In this document: positions 9,941 through 20,697 of the stretch, piece after piece
Numbering within the stretch: the stretch's first letter is position 1
Layout of the letters: every line of letters starts with the position of its first letter
NCBI GenBank assembly: GCA_044225365.1
Contig: JBGAIQ010000005.1
Coordinates: forward strand, 64,001-128,000
Direction: 5' to 3'
Source: Planctomycetota bacterium
GTDB lineage: Bacteria; Planctomycetota; B15-G4; JADJEK01
Length of the DNA: 64,000 nt
Made by a program: the position numbers and the translations under genes
Notes under the pieces: generated by a model
Told to the model about the DNA's origin: nothing
The model's input: only the letters and a program-made list of their open reading frames with translations
The model's database searches: none

Positions 9941-12127
9941 ATGATACCGTTCCTCCTCGTCCTCCTGGTCCTCGCGGTCGATCCCCATGGGTTCGAGCCG
10001 CCCGCGTTGAAGCGAGCGTTGCTCCTCACCGCGGGGCCGCTGGCGTTGCTGATGCTCCTCCCGACGGGCGGGCTGCGACGGGTCGCCACGACGCCGCTCG
10101 GCTTCGGCCTCTCGGCCCTCGCACTGCTCTTCGCTTGGTCGTGCCTCGGGACGGTGATCGCCGGCGTGCCACTCGCGATCGGCGGAAAGGGCGTCGGCCT
10201 CTTGCTCCTCCTGCTCGCGTTCGCCGCGCTCGCCCGCGAGAACGCCACGAAGAACGCCTTCCGGCTCGGCGACAGCCTGCTCGCGCTCGGGCTCGTCTGC
10301 GCGGTCTACGCGATCCTGCAGCGAATCGGCTTCGATCCGCTCTTCCTCAATCCCGAGAAGAAGTCGGTCGCATTCTTCGGCAACACGAATCGTGCGGCGG
10401 AATTCATCGCACCCCTCGCGCCGCTGGCGCTTGCGTTCCGTACTTCGCGCGGCGGCACACTCGCCGGGCTCGCCACGCTCGCGCTTCCGCTGCTCGTCGC
10501 GGCGACGATCCTCACGAACAGCCGCGCAGGTGCGATCGCCGCGGGAGTGGGCCTGCTCGCCGTTCTCGTGTTCACGTCCGATCCTTTGCGCCGCAAAGTC
10601 GATGTCGCGCTCATCGCGGCCGGCCTGTTGCTTCCGTTGCTGCTCGGTGGAATCGAGAACTACCGCTTCAAGAGCGTCGCCGAGAGCGAAGCGAGCATCG
10701 TCTCCCCCGACTATTCACCGAATCGTCAGCGCGAACTCCTCCTCGAGGCATCGCTGAGGATGAGCAAGGACTCGCCCCTCTTCGGAAAAGGAGCCGGGAA
10801 CTTCCGATACGCGTTCCCTCGGTTTCGCGATCCCGAAGAAGCACGCATGCTCACCCTGGGCGGAGCGCTCTCGTCGGCGGAGGATCCGCACAACGAGTTC
10901 CTCCTGCTCGCGACCGAGTCCGGCATCCCGGCCGCGGCGCTCTTCGTGATCTTCCTGCTCAGCGCATTGCTCTCGGTGCGCACGTCCTCGCTGTGGCCGG
11001 CCGGCCATCCGTTGCGTGCCGCGGCGCCCGGCTACGCGGGGGCGCTGATCGCGCTGTGCGTGATGGCGGCCTTTCGATCGATCCTCGATCATGCCCCGGT
11101 CGCGCTCATGACGGCCGCGCTCGGTGGCAGCTTGCTCGCGTGTCGCGAGATCGATCCAGCATCGCGGCGCTCTGGGCCCCTGCTCGTCGTCCTTCCGATC
11201 TGGCTCGTTGCCATCGCGTTCCTCGGCGTACGTGCTCTCGCGTCCGAGATCTGCCTCGGTCTCGCCGCGCGCGACCTGAGCGCGAGCCGCCTCGTTCCTG
11301 CGATCGACGACCTCTCGAACGCGCGCATGTTCGACGGAACCAATCTCGCCGCAATGCAGCTCGAAGCCACATTGACCGAAGGCGCCGCGCGGCTCGATCC
11401 CAAACGCACCGATGCCGCGATCGCCGCGCGCCGCCGCATCCTCGCCCTCGACCCGAGCCACGTCACCTCGCACTTCCGGCTCGCAGCGCGAATGTACGAA
11501 CGGGGCGATTTCGGCACGGCGCGCTCGCACCTGCGCTACGGCCTCTCCGTGCTGGGTGAGAACCGCAAGGGATGGAGCGAGAAGGGCGTCACCCGACTCC
11601 TCGAACAGAAGGAATTCCGCGCCGCCGCCATCTTCGAGAGACTGCGGCGCGTCGGCGGGGAAGGCACGCTCGGCGAATTGCGGAGCGAGGCCGATACCAA
11701 CGCCAAGTCGCCGCAGCGCGATCGACAGGTCTTCGCCGCGGAACTCCTCGCGCAGTTCCTCGAGTTGCGCCCTGCCGACCCCGACGCGGCATACGATCTC
11801 GCCGAACTCTGCTCCAAACTCGAGGACAAGGCGCGAGCCGACTCGTACTACGAACGATCCCATCTCTGCCGAGCCGCGCAGGCACTGGAGCACAAGGACG
11901 TCGTCCTCGCCAAGCGCTCGCTCGCGAGCGCCCAGCACTATGGAGAGTCGTTCGACCTCTCCGTGCTGCTCTCCCTCGTCGCGCTCCTCGAGAAGGACTC
12001 GCTTCCGCTCGAGAAGCTCGAGCACGAGGCAAGAGGACAGAGGGTGTCGCGTCCGATCCACGAAGCCCTGGCACCTCTCGCCAAGATGCCGGAGTTCGCC
12101 GACGCGCTGAAGCGCATCGGATCCTGA
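9941..12127 (+). CDS. O-antigen ligase (Wzy_C) family membrane protein with C-terminal TPRs
   Basis: Many TMs; 'FFGNTN', 'TNSRAG', 'PLFGKGAGNF', 'PHNEFL'; helical TPR-like tail. Confidence 0.85.
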   Translation: MIPFLLVLLVLAVDPHGFEPPALKRALLLTAGPLALLMLLPTGGLRRVATTPLGFGLSALALLFAWSCLGTVIAGVPLAIGGKGVGLLLLLLAFAALARENATKNAFRLGDSLLALGLVCAVYAILQRIGFDPLFLNPEKKSVAFFGNTNRAAEFIAPLAPLALAFRTSRGGTLAGLATLALPLLVAATILTNSRAGAIAAGVGLLAVLVFTSDPLRRKVDVALIAAGLLLPLLLGGIENYRFKSVAESEASIVSPDYSPNRQRELLLEASLRMSKDSPLFGKGAGNFRYAFPRFRDPEEARMLTLGGALSSAEDPHNEFLLLATESGIPAAALFVIFLLSALLSVRTSSLWPAGHPLRAAAPGYAGALIALCVMAAFRSILDHAPVALMTAALGGSLLACREIDPASRRSGPLLVVLPIWLVAIAFLGVRALASEICLGLAARDLSASRLVPAIDDLSNARMFDGTNLAAMQLEATLTEGAARLDPKRTDAAIAARRRILALDPSHVTSHFRLAARMYERGDFGTARSHLRYGLSVLGENRKGWSEKGVTRLLEQKEFRAAAIFERLRRVGGEGTLGELRSEADTNAKSPQRDRQVFAAELLAQFLELRPADPDAAYDLAELCSKLEDKARADSYYERSHLCRAAQALEHKDVVLAKRSLASAQHYGESFDLSVLLSLVALLEKDSLPLEKLEHEARGQRVSRPIHEALAPLAKMPEFADALKRIGS

Positions 12128-12137
12128 TCGCGCGCGA

Positions 12138-15100
12138 TCACTCGATGCCGTACTTCGAGATCAGAGTCTGCAGCCAGCGGCGTGTGATGCCGAGGCGCTC
12201 CGCGGCCTTCCCGCGATTGCCCTCGCTTGCCCGAAGGGCGGCGACCACGAGCTCCTTCTCGTAGTTCGCGACGGCATCCTTCAGCGAGGTCTCGCCGGGT
12301 AGCGCCGATTCGCGCACCGGCGCGACGACCGCAGGAAGCGGCGTGCGCCGATAGTCCGGGGGAAGGTCTTGCGCGTCGATGGGATCGTGCGGCGACGTGA
12401 GCACCAGCGCGCGAACGACGGCCTCGAGCTCACGCACGTTGCCGGGGAAGGGTTGGGCCGAGAGATGTGCGAGCGCTGCGTCGGTGAATCCGCGCGGCTT
12501 GTCCCCCGAACGGCGCGCGATCTCGCTCGAGAAGTGCGCGACGAGCAACGGCACGTCGCCGCGCCGATCGCGTAGCGGCGGTACGTCGATCGGAATCACT
12601 CGCAGGCGCCAGTAGAGGTCCTCGCGGAATCGTCCTGCAGCCACCCACTCGACGAGCGGCCGATTCGTCGCCGCAACGAGTCGGAAGTTCACGCGCTGCG
12701 GTTTGTTCGAACCGAGCGGCCAAACCTCGCCGTCCTGCAACACACGCAGGAGCTTCGCTTGCATCGCGAGCGGCATGTCCGCGATCTCGTCGAGGAACAA
12801 CGTGCCTTGATCGGCTGCGACGACGAGTCCCTCGTGATCGCGCGTGGCGCCCGTGAACGATCCCTTGCGGTAGCCGAACAGCTCGGCCTCGACGAGAGTC
12901 TCGGGCAGCGAAGCGCAGTTCACCGCGATGAATCGCTTGCGCCGCCGATAGGACCGATCGTGGAGCGAGCGCGCGATCAACTCCTTGCCCGTGCCGGCTT
13001 CGCCGAGCACCAGGACGGAGGCGTCGGAATCGGCGACGCGTTCAACGAGATCGAGGATGCCGAGCAACCGCGGATCCTGCGTCACCAACGGACTCGCAAC
13101 ACCCTTCGCCTCGAGTTCACGGCGCACTCGATCGAGATCGTCGCGAGCGGTCTCGAGTTCGCGCGTCCTCGCCTTCACGTCGGCGAGCAAGCGTGTGTTC
13201 AGCACCTCGATCTCCCCGCGGAGGCGTGCCCGATCGAGGACGATCGCGGCCTGCTCGGCGAGCGCCTGCGTCACGTTGCGGGCGGAGTCGTCGAAGCGAT
13301 CGATCCGCTCCGGGTCATCGACGTAGATCGCTCCGATCACCTCGCCGCGCGCCTTGAGGGGCGCGCAGAGCACGGAGAGGAGGTCGAGGCGCGAGATGCT
13401 CTGGTACTCCTTGAATCGCTCATCGGTCCGCGCCTCCGAGGTGACGATCGTCTCTCCCGATGCGAGTGTTCGCTCGACGATCGAGCGGGAGAGTTGCATC
13501 GCGGGATCCTCGATGTCCTGTTGCCGCAGATTGCGCGCAGCCTCGAAGCGAAAGCTCGACTCGAAGCGCGTGACGACGAATCCGCGGCTCGCACCGAGCA
13601 AGTCGAGCGCGGTGTCGAGGATTCGGGTGAGGACATCGGCGACGGAGTCGGCCTCGTTGATCCACCGACTCGCTTCCAACACTTGGCGCAACTGACGATT
13701 CTCGCGCAGCAGATCGCGCTCGACGGCGGTGCCCTCGAGGGCCGCATCGAGCGCGGCGACGAGTTCGCGCGCGATCGCGATCCGGAGCCGGTGGCCGCAA
13801 GCAAGCGCATGGCGCTGCGCGGCGCGAGCCGCATCGCGCCCATCTCGGGCGAATTCGAAGGAGCCGTTCGCGAGGTCGAGCCGTACGGCACGCGCGAAGG
13901 CGATGAGCACCGCGGCTTTCGTTGCGTCGTCGCTCGCCGTCTCGAGCGCGGAGAGGAGAGCGCAGCGTGCGGCATCGCGGCGCAGCAGCACCAACGCAGC
14001 CGCGCGGATGCCCGTGGCTTCGGCGAGCGCCTTGCGTCGACCCGCCGCTCGGGCGAGGCGACGCGCGAGGCGGGCGCGGCGGAGCGCACCGATGGGATCG
14101 GAGCGAAAGAGCTGCTGCTCGGCGACGAGTGATTCGGCCGTCGCGCGTTCACCCTGGCCGCCGGCGCGATCGGCGAGGAGGACGGCCCGCCGCGCGACAC
14201 CCCACGCCGTCGCGATCTCCCCGCGATCGCGGGCCGCTTCTGCGATCGCGATCAGCACCGAGAGTCGGGCCGAGGCACGCTCCGGTCCCGCCGAGAGCTG
14301 GAGCGACTCGCGCACGGCCGCCCGGGTCCCGTCGATGTCGCCTAGGGTCGCGCGCGCCCGAATCAGTTCCGCCGCCGAGAGCGCGGCACCGGGATGAGCG
14401 TTCACGAACTTGCGATGCTCGAGGCTCTGCTCGAGACACTTCACGGCCGCTTCAGGATCGCCGAGGAAGAGGCGCGCGGCACCTTCGCCGGCGAGGGCCC
14501 ACCCCAGGCCGCGACGATTCCCGGCTCGCGAGAACAGGATCGTCGCTCGTTGCAATGACTGGAACGCGCGCCGTGCATCCCCCGACTCGAGTCGCGCGAG
14601 ACCGAGTCGAGTGAGGACGTCCGGCAACAATCGTCGGTCGCTCGATCTCTCGAGCAGGTTCACCGCGCGTCGAAGCCGTCGCTCCGCGAGCGCGGCGCGC
14701 CCGGCCTCGAGATCGATCACGGCGAGCGTCGAATCGAAGTGCGCGGCACGCGCGAGGCGGCCGAGGCGACGCGACAATCGGCGCGCTTCGACGAACGCCT
14801 CGTGCGTGCGTCGCACGTCACCGGCCCGATCGGCGAGCGGACCTGCGACCGCGGCGATCTCGAGTCGCGCGGAGAGATCGTCGATTCCTTGGCGCAACGA
14901 CCAGAGGGCGTTCACCTCGTTGCGCGCCTCGGCCGTCTTGCCTGCGGCATTCGCGGCCCAGGCGCGAGCCGCACGCAACCGGAACACGTCGTTCCCGCGC
15001 GCCCGCAAGAGTGCCCGATCGAGCCGGTCGACGGCATCGGTTGCGCGCCCCATCCGCTCGAGCAGTTGCGCGTGCTCGACGGCGAGTTGGAATTGCGTCC

Positions 15101-17279
15101 CGTCGGGCGGGAGCTGCTCTGCCTGCGAGAAAGAGGTTTCCGCCTCGACGAGGCGTCCGGCCATCGCCAGCGCCCTCGCCCGTAGCGACTCGCGCACGTA
15201 CGCCCGTTCGGGTCGCATGGGCTCACCGTCGAGCATCGAAAGAGCACGAAGCGCGAGCGTCGGGTTCACCTCGACGAGCGCGGCGCGCGCGCTCGCGAGA
15301 GCGTAGTGCCGTGGAGCCTTCCTGCCCGCAAACGCCAGCGACTGCGCGACCGACGCAAGCGTCGTGGCGTCACGACTCCGTCGCAAGAGAGCGCGCGCGA
15401 TCGCCCGCGCGGCCTGCGCATCGTTCGGGCTCGCCACCTTGGAGGCGAGCGTCACGGCGATCGCCGAGTCGAGCACTCCCGTCTCGTGAGGCGGCTTGAA
15501 ACCGCGCAACACGAGTAGACGCGTCGCGCGGGCCAACATCGCCAGGACGGCCGGCCCGAAGAGCCCGGTTGCCTCGACGAGCACCGGGATCGGCAGGGAG
15601 ACCCGAACCTGGGCGAGGAGGACGAAGACGGATCGCGACTCGCTCGGCAATTCGTCGAGATAGGCCGTGAAGGAGTTGCGACCTCGCGAGTCGACGGCGG
15701 AATCCTCGATCACGGCGGCGTGCTCGGCGTCGTCGAGTCGTGCCAGATCCGCGACGATGCCGCTCTCCCGATCGAGCAATCCGCCGCGCCGCGCCAATTC
15801 GCGCACGATCGACCGCATGCGCCGTGGCGAACCGTCGGAGCGCCGCACGAGCTCCGCCGCGAGCGCCTCCGGAGCGAGGAGGCGCGGGATCGTCACCTCG
15901 AGGATCGCGAGGACGTCCGACTCGGCGATCGGCTGGATCATGAATTCATCGAACTCGACCACGAAGTCGACGGGCAATGCGAGACGCGCCGCGTCGACGT
16001 CGCCACCGAGTGCGATACCTCCCGCGACCTCGCCGCGAGCGAGCGCGGCCGCGAAGACCGCGAGCGCTTCGATCGCCGATCGACTCGCGTTCTCGACATC
16101 GTCGAGGATCGCGATCACTCCGGGCATCTTCTCGCGCGCGTTCGCGATCTCGGCGATCGCTCGAAGCGGCGAGTCGACTTCGGCGAGATCGAGCGTGAGG
16201 ATCCCGCGAGCCCTCGCGAGTTCGCGCAGCCGCAACAAGTGCGTCGTTCGGCCGCTGCCAAGGCGCCCCCCGATGACCAGCGTGCGAGGACTCTCGCTCG
16301 AATCCTCGATCCCGGACGCGACGCCGCCGAGCCAACGCGCGAGGCGCTCCTCCGAAGTGCGGGCGAGGACGACTCGCCAATTCTCCTTCGTGCTCGTTGC
16401 ATCGACGTCGCCCGTCCCGAGCAAGCGGCGGTGCACGGCTCGCGCGTCGAGGGTGCGGAGCGCTGGATCCGGCGCCAGGAGCCGCAAGAGGAGCTCCTCG
16501 AGGAAGGGTGCGGAACAGCGTTCGGCGACGCGTCGCGCCACGTCCGCGGGAACTCCCGCGAGGATCGCGCGGACCAAAGAAGTCGCGTCGGATCCGTCGG
16601 TCGACGGAGGGACGAAGAAGAGCGGTTCGCCGAGCACGACCTCGACCAGCAGGCTGCCGAACGCGTAGAGATCCGATGCGGCAGTCGGCGCCGCGGAGAG
16701 CAATCGTTCGGGGGCGAGGTATTGCAATGTGCCGTGACGCGCTCGCTCGGGATCGGCGAAGGCGGGGTCGATCAGCACGCCTCGTCCGCTCGGCGTGACG
16801 ATCACGTTTTCCGGCTTGAGATCCCCGTGCGCGAGTTCGAGCGAGTGCATCGCGAAGAGGCCGAGAAGGACGTCGCCGAGCACCGCGAAAGCCTTCTCAC
16901 GAGAGAGCGCAGGCAGTGCGGCTCGCAGGTCGCGGCCTTCGACGTAATCGCAGACGACGTACGAAACCCCCGTCGCGGGGTCGGTCTCGATCGCGAGCAT
17001 CGTCGCGAGATTCTCGTGGCGGAAGCCGAGGAACGAGACGAGAGCCTCGACGTTCGCGAAGTCGGCACCGAGGCCAGCGGAATCGCTGCGATCACGGAGC
17101 AGTGCGCGATCGAAGCGTGGCGGCCGATCCGCTCGGCGCGGCAAGGGTCGCAGCACTCGTCGCGCGTTGCCGCTCGCCGTGTCCCGCACGAGCCATGGCG
17201 TTCTGGGCGCGACGACGGAGGCGAGCGCCCGCTCGACGCGGTAGCGTCCGAGCAAGAGCTTCGCATCGCGATCAGCCAG
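12138..17279 (-). CDS. Ser/Thr-kinase-like / AAA / TPR / GAF / sigma54-dependent activator hybrid
   Basis: 'HGDLKPENV', GAF 'SVLCAPL...IGAIYVD', 'GEAGTGKE', 'GSFTGA', 'LFLDEI', 'FREDLYWRL', C-terminal Fis-type HTH; start uncertain (CTG 17279 behind GGAGGAG, or TTG 17255). Confidence 0.85.
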   Translation of the reverse strand: MADRDAKLLLGRYRVERALASVVAPRTPWLVRDTASGNARRVLRPLPRRADRPPRFDRALLRDRSDSAGLGADFANVEALVSFLGFRHENLATMLAIETDPATGVSYVVCDYVEGRDLRAALPALSREKAFAVLGDVLLGLFAMHSLELAHGDLKPENVIVTPSGRGVLIDPAFADPERARHGTLQYLAPERLLSAAPTAASDLYAFGSLLVEVVLGEPLFFVPPSTDGSDATSLVRAILAGVPADVARRVAERCSAPFLEELLLRLLAPDPALRTLDARAVHRRLLGTGDVDATSTKENWRVVLARTSEERLARWLGGVASGIEDSSESPRTLVIGGRLGSGRTTHLLRLRELARARGILTLDLAEVDSPLRAIAEIANAREKMPGVIAILDDVENASRSAIEALAVFAAALARGEVAGGIALGGDVDAARLALPVDFVVEFDEFMIQPIAESDVLAILEVTIPRLLAPEALAAELVRRSDGSPRRMRSIVRELARRGGLLDRESGIVADLARLDDAEHAAVIEDSAVDSRGRNSFTAYLDELPSESRSVFVLLAQVRVSLPIPVLVEATGLFGPAVLAMLARATRLLVLRGFKPPHETGVLDSAIAVTLASKVASPNDAQAARAIARALLRRSRDATTLASVAQSLAFAGRKAPRHYALASARAALVEVNPTLALRALSMLDGEPMRPERAYVRESLRARALAMAGRLVEAETSFSQAEQLPPDGTQFQLAVEHAQLLERMGRATDAVDRLDRALLRARGNDVFRLRAARAWAANAAGKTAEARNEVNALWSLRQGIDDLSARLEIAAVAGPLADRAGDVRRTHEAFVEARRLSRRLGRLARAAHFDSTLAVIDLEAGRAALAERRLRRAVNLLERSSDRRLLPDVLTRLGLARLESGDARRAFQSLQRATILFSRAGNRRGLGWALAGEGAARLFLGDPEAAVKCLEQSLEHRKFVNAHPGAALSAAELIRARATLGDIDGTRAAVRESLQLSAGPERASARLSVLIAIAEAARDRGEIATAWGVARRAVLLADRAGGQGERATAESLVAEQQLFRSDPIGALRRARLARRLARAAGRRKALAEATGIRAAALVLLRRDAARCALLSALETASDDATKAAVLIAFARAVRLDLANGSFEFARDGRDAARAAQRHALACGHRLRIAIARELVAALDAALEGTAVERDLLRENRQLRQVLEASRWINEADSVADVLTRILDTALDLLGASRGFVVTRFESSFRFEAARNLRQQDIEDPAMQLSRSIVERTLASGETIVTSEARTDERFKEYQSISRLDLLSVLCAPLKARGEVIGAIYVDDPERIDRFDDSARNVTQALAEQAAIVLDRARLRGEIEVLNTRLLADVKARTRELETARDDLDRVRRELEAKGVASPLVTQDPRLLGILDLVERVADSDASVLVLGEAGTGKELIARSLHDRSYRRRKRFIAVNCASLPETLVEAELFGYRKGSFTGATRDHEGLVVAADQGTLFLDEIADMPLAMQAKLLRVLQDGEVWPLGSNKPQRVNFRLVAATNRPLVEWVAAGRFREDLYWRLRVIPIDVPPLRDRRGDVPLLVAHFSSEIARRSGDKPRGFTDAALAHLSAQPFPGNVRELEAVVRALVLTSPHDPIDAQDLPPDYRRTPLPAVVAPVRESALPGETSLKDAVANYEKELVVAALRASEGNRGKAAERLGITRRWLQTLISKYGIE

Positions 17280-17751
17280 ACTTCTCCTCCGATTTGCCGC
17301 ACGCCGCGCAGAGGCCGAACAGCTTGAGCGTGTGCGAGAGCACTCGGAAGCCATGACGCTTCGCCGCCTGCTCCTGATGCGCCTCGATCTCGGGATCCGA
17401 GAATTCCACGATGTCGCCGCATCGCAGACAGATCATGTGATCGTGGTGCTCGCGACCGTGGACCGGCTCGTAGAACTTGGCCTCGCGAGCGCCGATCTCC
17501 AACTCGTCGAGGAAGTTCGAGTCGACGAGCAACTTCAGCGTGCGATAGACCGTCGCCTTGCTGACGTACATGCGCTCGCGCTTCAGGACTTGATAGAGAT
17601 CCTCGGCGGAGAAGTGCTTCGGCATCGAGAACGCGCGCTTCACGATCTTGAGCCGCTGCGCGGTGTGCTTCAGCTTGTTCTCGCGGAGGAACCGCTCCAG
17701 CAGTTCGTCGACCTTGGCGGCCTTCGCGCGTTTGGTCTCGCTCTGGATCAC
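17272..17751 (-). CDS. Fur family transcriptional regulator
   Basis: 'HFSAEDLY', 'SKATVYRTL', 'HHDHMICLRCG', 'GLCAAC'; GTGA overlap with purD. Confidence 0.93.
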   Translation of the reverse strand: MIQSETKRAKAAKVDELLERFLRENKLKHTAQRLKIVKRAFSMPKHFSAEDLYQVLKRERMYVSKATVYRTLKLLVDSNFLDELEIGAREAKFYEPVHGREHHDHMICLRCGDIVEFSDPEIEAHQEQAAKRHGFRVLSHTLKLFGLCAACGKSEEKSG

Positions 17752-19028
17752 GCCGAAGCCTCGTAGTCCTTGCGCCCGATGTCGGTGCGATAGAACGCCT
17801 TCTCGAAACGAATCCGGGCAACCCTGCGGTAGGCCTTCTCACAGGCCTGGCGAAGGTCTGTCCCGAGTGCGGAGACGGTGATCACTCGCCCGCCGGCCGT
17901 TACGACGCTTCCGTGATGCAGGGCCGTACCCGCGTGGAAGACCGATACGCCCTCTTCGGCTTCGTCGCGGAGGCCTTCGATCGGGTAACCCTTCTCGAAG
18001 CTGCCGGGATAACCTCCCGAGGCGATCACGACGGCGCAGCAAGGCCGCGGGTCCCACTCGAGTCCCTTCGACTGGTCGAGCTTCCCATCGACCGCGAGCG
18101 AGAGCAACTCGAGCAGATCGGTCCGAAGCCGGGGAAGGATCGCCTGCGCCTCGGGATCGCCGAGCCGCACGTTGAATTCGAGCACTTTCGGGCCCGCCTT
18201 CGTCAGCATCAATCCCGCGTAGAGGAAGCCGACGAAGCGGTGTCCTTCCCGAGCGAGAGCGTGAACCACCGGGACGAAGACCTGCGACTCGACCTGCCGG
18301 AGGATCGCCGGAGTGATGTTGCTCGCGGGACAGACGGCGCCCATTCCGCCGGTGTTCGGGCCGCGGTCGAAGTCGAACGCCTGCTTGTGATCGCGCGCTG
18401 CCTCGAGGGTGGCGATCGTGCGGCCGTCGACGATCGCGATCACAGATGCCTCACTGCCCTGCAGGAACTCCTCGATGACGAGGCGCGCCCCGGCCTCTCC
18501 GAAATCTTGCGTCACCATGAAGCGATCGATCGCCGCGAGCGCCTCGTTGCGATCGGCCGCGATGATGACGCCCTTGCCCGCCGCGAGGCCGTCGGCCTTC
18601 AACACGATCGGGAAATCGACGATGGCGTCGATGTACGACCGCGCAGCGTTCGCATCCTGGAAGATGCGGAAGCCGCCGGTCGGGACGTGGTACTTGCGGC
18701 ATAGTTCCTTGGTGAAGGCCTTACTGCCTTCGAGGCGAGCCGCGCCGGCGACGGGGCCGAAGATCTTGAGGCCGCTCGCATGGAACGAGTCGGCGATGCC
18801 GAGTACGAGGGGCGCCTCGGGTCCCACGACCGTGAGGTCGATCGCCTGCGCCTTCGCGAACGCGGTGAGGCCCGCGACGTCGTCGATCTTGATGTCGACG
18901 GTCTCGGCGATCTCGGACATGCCGACGTTGCCCGGTGCGACGAACAACTTCGAGAGCCGAGGAGAACGCTGGATGGCTGCGCAGAGCGCGTGTTCGCGCC
19001 CGCCGCTGCCGATGACGAGTACTCGCAT
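17748..19028 (-). CDS. purD: Phosphoribosylamine--glycine ligase
   Basis: 'VIGSGGREHAL', 'VVGPEAPL', 'LEGSKAF', 'KADGLAAGKGV', 'GPNTGGMGA', 'EFNVRLGDPE'. Confidence 0.97.
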   Translation of the reverse strand: MRVLVIGSGGREHALCAAIQRSPRLSKLFVAPGNVGMSEIAETVDIKIDDVAGLTAFAKAQAIDLTVVGPEAPLVLGIADSFHASGLKIFGPVAGAARLEGSKAFTKELCRKYHVPTGGFRIFQDANAARSYIDAIVDFPIVLKADGLAAGKGVIIAADRNEALAAIDRFMVTQDFGEAGARLVIEEFLQGSEASVIAIVDGRTIATLEAARDHKQAFDFDRGPNTGGMGAVCPASNITPAILRQVESQVFVPVVHALAREGHRFVGFLYAGLMLTKAGPKVLEFNVRLGDPEAQAILPRLRTDLLELLSLAVDGKLDQSKGLEWDPRPCCAVVIASGGYPGSFEKGYPIEGLRDEAEEGVSVFHAGTALHHGSVVTAGGRVITVSALGTDLRQACEKAYRRVARIRFEKAFYRTDIGRKDYEASA

Positions 19029-19204
19029 CAAAACCCCGAACACTGCCATTTTGCGGCGCCGTCGCCGCTCGTGAGCCGGCAAAAAGTACCAGCATCGCGA
19101 ACCCCGGCAAGGACCGCGCCGAAAAAACGGCGACAGATTCGCGCGCGCCGGAGACGACATCGTAGACTCGATCGTGTCGAGCCCATTCTGTCCGTTCGAA
19201 TCCG

Positions 19205-20473
19205 ATGATCGAAGCCTCGAGCCTCCTCTGCGCAGCCCTCGCGCTCGCGCCCGCACCCCCCGTCGAATTCGCCGGGAGTCGTCTCTACGCTGCGAGCGTC
19301 GGAGGCGATCGAGTCGTCGGATTGGACAACGATGGCGTCACGGCGCAGACGATCCTCGATGCCGGGCTCGTGGATCCCCGCGGCATCGCGTTCGGTCCCG
19401 ACGGCAAGCTCTACGTCGCATCGGGAGACCACGTCCTGAAGTTCGGAGGCAATGGCGCACTCGAGGACACGCTCGGTGCCGCCGCGGGTCTCACGGGCGC
19501 ACGCGGCATCGCGATCGGGCCGAATGGCGACCTGTTCGTCACGTCGCTCACTCAGATCCTCGAACTGCGGCGCGATGGGACCCTGGTGCGTTCGATCGGC
19601 TCGGGCGACAACCTGCACGTGCCGGTCGGCCTCTGCTTCTCCGGTGAAGGCCACCTCTTCGTCACGCTCGCCGGGGACAACGCGATCGCGGAATACGATG
19701 CGAGCTTCGACCGCATCCACGTCTCCACGTTGACCGAACTCGCGATTCCGATGGGGATCACGATCGCTCCGAACGGAGTCCGCTACGTCTCGTCGTTCTT
19801 CAATGCGTCCGTCCTCGCGCTCGACGCGACCGGTGCGGTCGTCGGCGTCTTCACCGACGCCGCACTGCTCTTTCCCTCCGGCATCGCAGTCGGCCCCAAC
19901 GGCAATCTCTTCGTCTCGACGTTCTTCGGCAACACGATCGTCGAGCTCACGCCGGTCGGCGCGAAGGTCCGCGAGATCTCGCTCCCCACCGGAGCGACGA
20001 ACCCCGAGGGCATCGCGTTCGCGCCCTACCGCTGGAAGGGCAAGCTCAAGGGCCGACTCGTCGTCGATCCATCGATCGCGAAGAACGTCAACGAGAACGT
20101 CTACCTGGCGTACGCTCCGGGTTCGCGCACCCTGATGATCGATCTCGTCGACAAGACCTCGTCCAAGGATCTGGCGTCGACACTCGGCGTCACCGGCATG
20201 GCGTTCTACGGCTTCGAAACGTTCGAGACGCAGGACGCGAAGGCACGACGCGTCCAGGGACTCGAACTCGCACTGTTCTCCGCCGCGCCCGCGGACCCAC
20301 CGGGAGCGGGTGCACTCACCCAGAGTTCGATCGTGCTCGACTTCACGGGCAAGGCAGCGCCCTTCGGTTCATCGCCCGGGTTCTTCCCGAAGAGCGCGAC
20401 CGGAACGCTCACCCGCAGCAACTCGAAGAGTTCGCTTCGAGGAACGATCGTCACGTCGAGCGCGCTCCACTGA
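19205..20473 (+). CDS. Secreted NHL-repeat beta-propeller protein
   Basis: Signal peptide; repeated 'P.GIAFGPDG.LYV' units; ~150-aa C-terminal domain similar to that of 33975-35282. Confidence 0.85.
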   Translation: MIEASSLLCAALALAPAPPVEFAGSRLYAASVGGDRVVGLDNDGVTAQTILDAGLVDPRGIAFGPDGKLYVASGDHVLKFGGNGALEDTLGAAAGLTGARGIAIGPNGDLFVTSLTQILELRRDGTLVRSIGSGDNLHVPVGLCFSGEGHLFVTLAGDNAIAEYDASFDRIHVSTLTELAIPMGITIAPNGVRYVSSFFNASVLALDATGAVVGVFTDAALLFPSGIAVGPNGNLFVSTFFGNTIVELTPVGAKVREISLPTGATNPEGIAFAPYRWKGKLKGRLVVDPSIAKNVNENVYLAYAPGSRTLMIDLVDKTSSKDLASTLGVTGMAFYGFETFETQDAKARRVQGLELALFSAAPADPPGAGALTQSSIVLDFTGKAAPFGSSPGFFPKSATGTLTRSNSKSSLRGTIVTSSALH

Positions 20474-20697
20474 GCGCCACGTTTCGCGCCCGCTCGCTGG
20501 CGATCACGCGCGCGGCTTTTCCGTGGCTTTTCGATGCAGTCCCCTCGACATCGCGATATGGTGTCTCGCGTTCAGGAACGCTGCGCAACCACACACCGAC
20601 GGCCGTCCAACGCTCGAGCTTCGCCCGGCGATGAACGCGGGAGCGACCCGCATCGATCCGGCTCCACTGTCGACTCGAGGGATGGTCTGGGGTAGCC

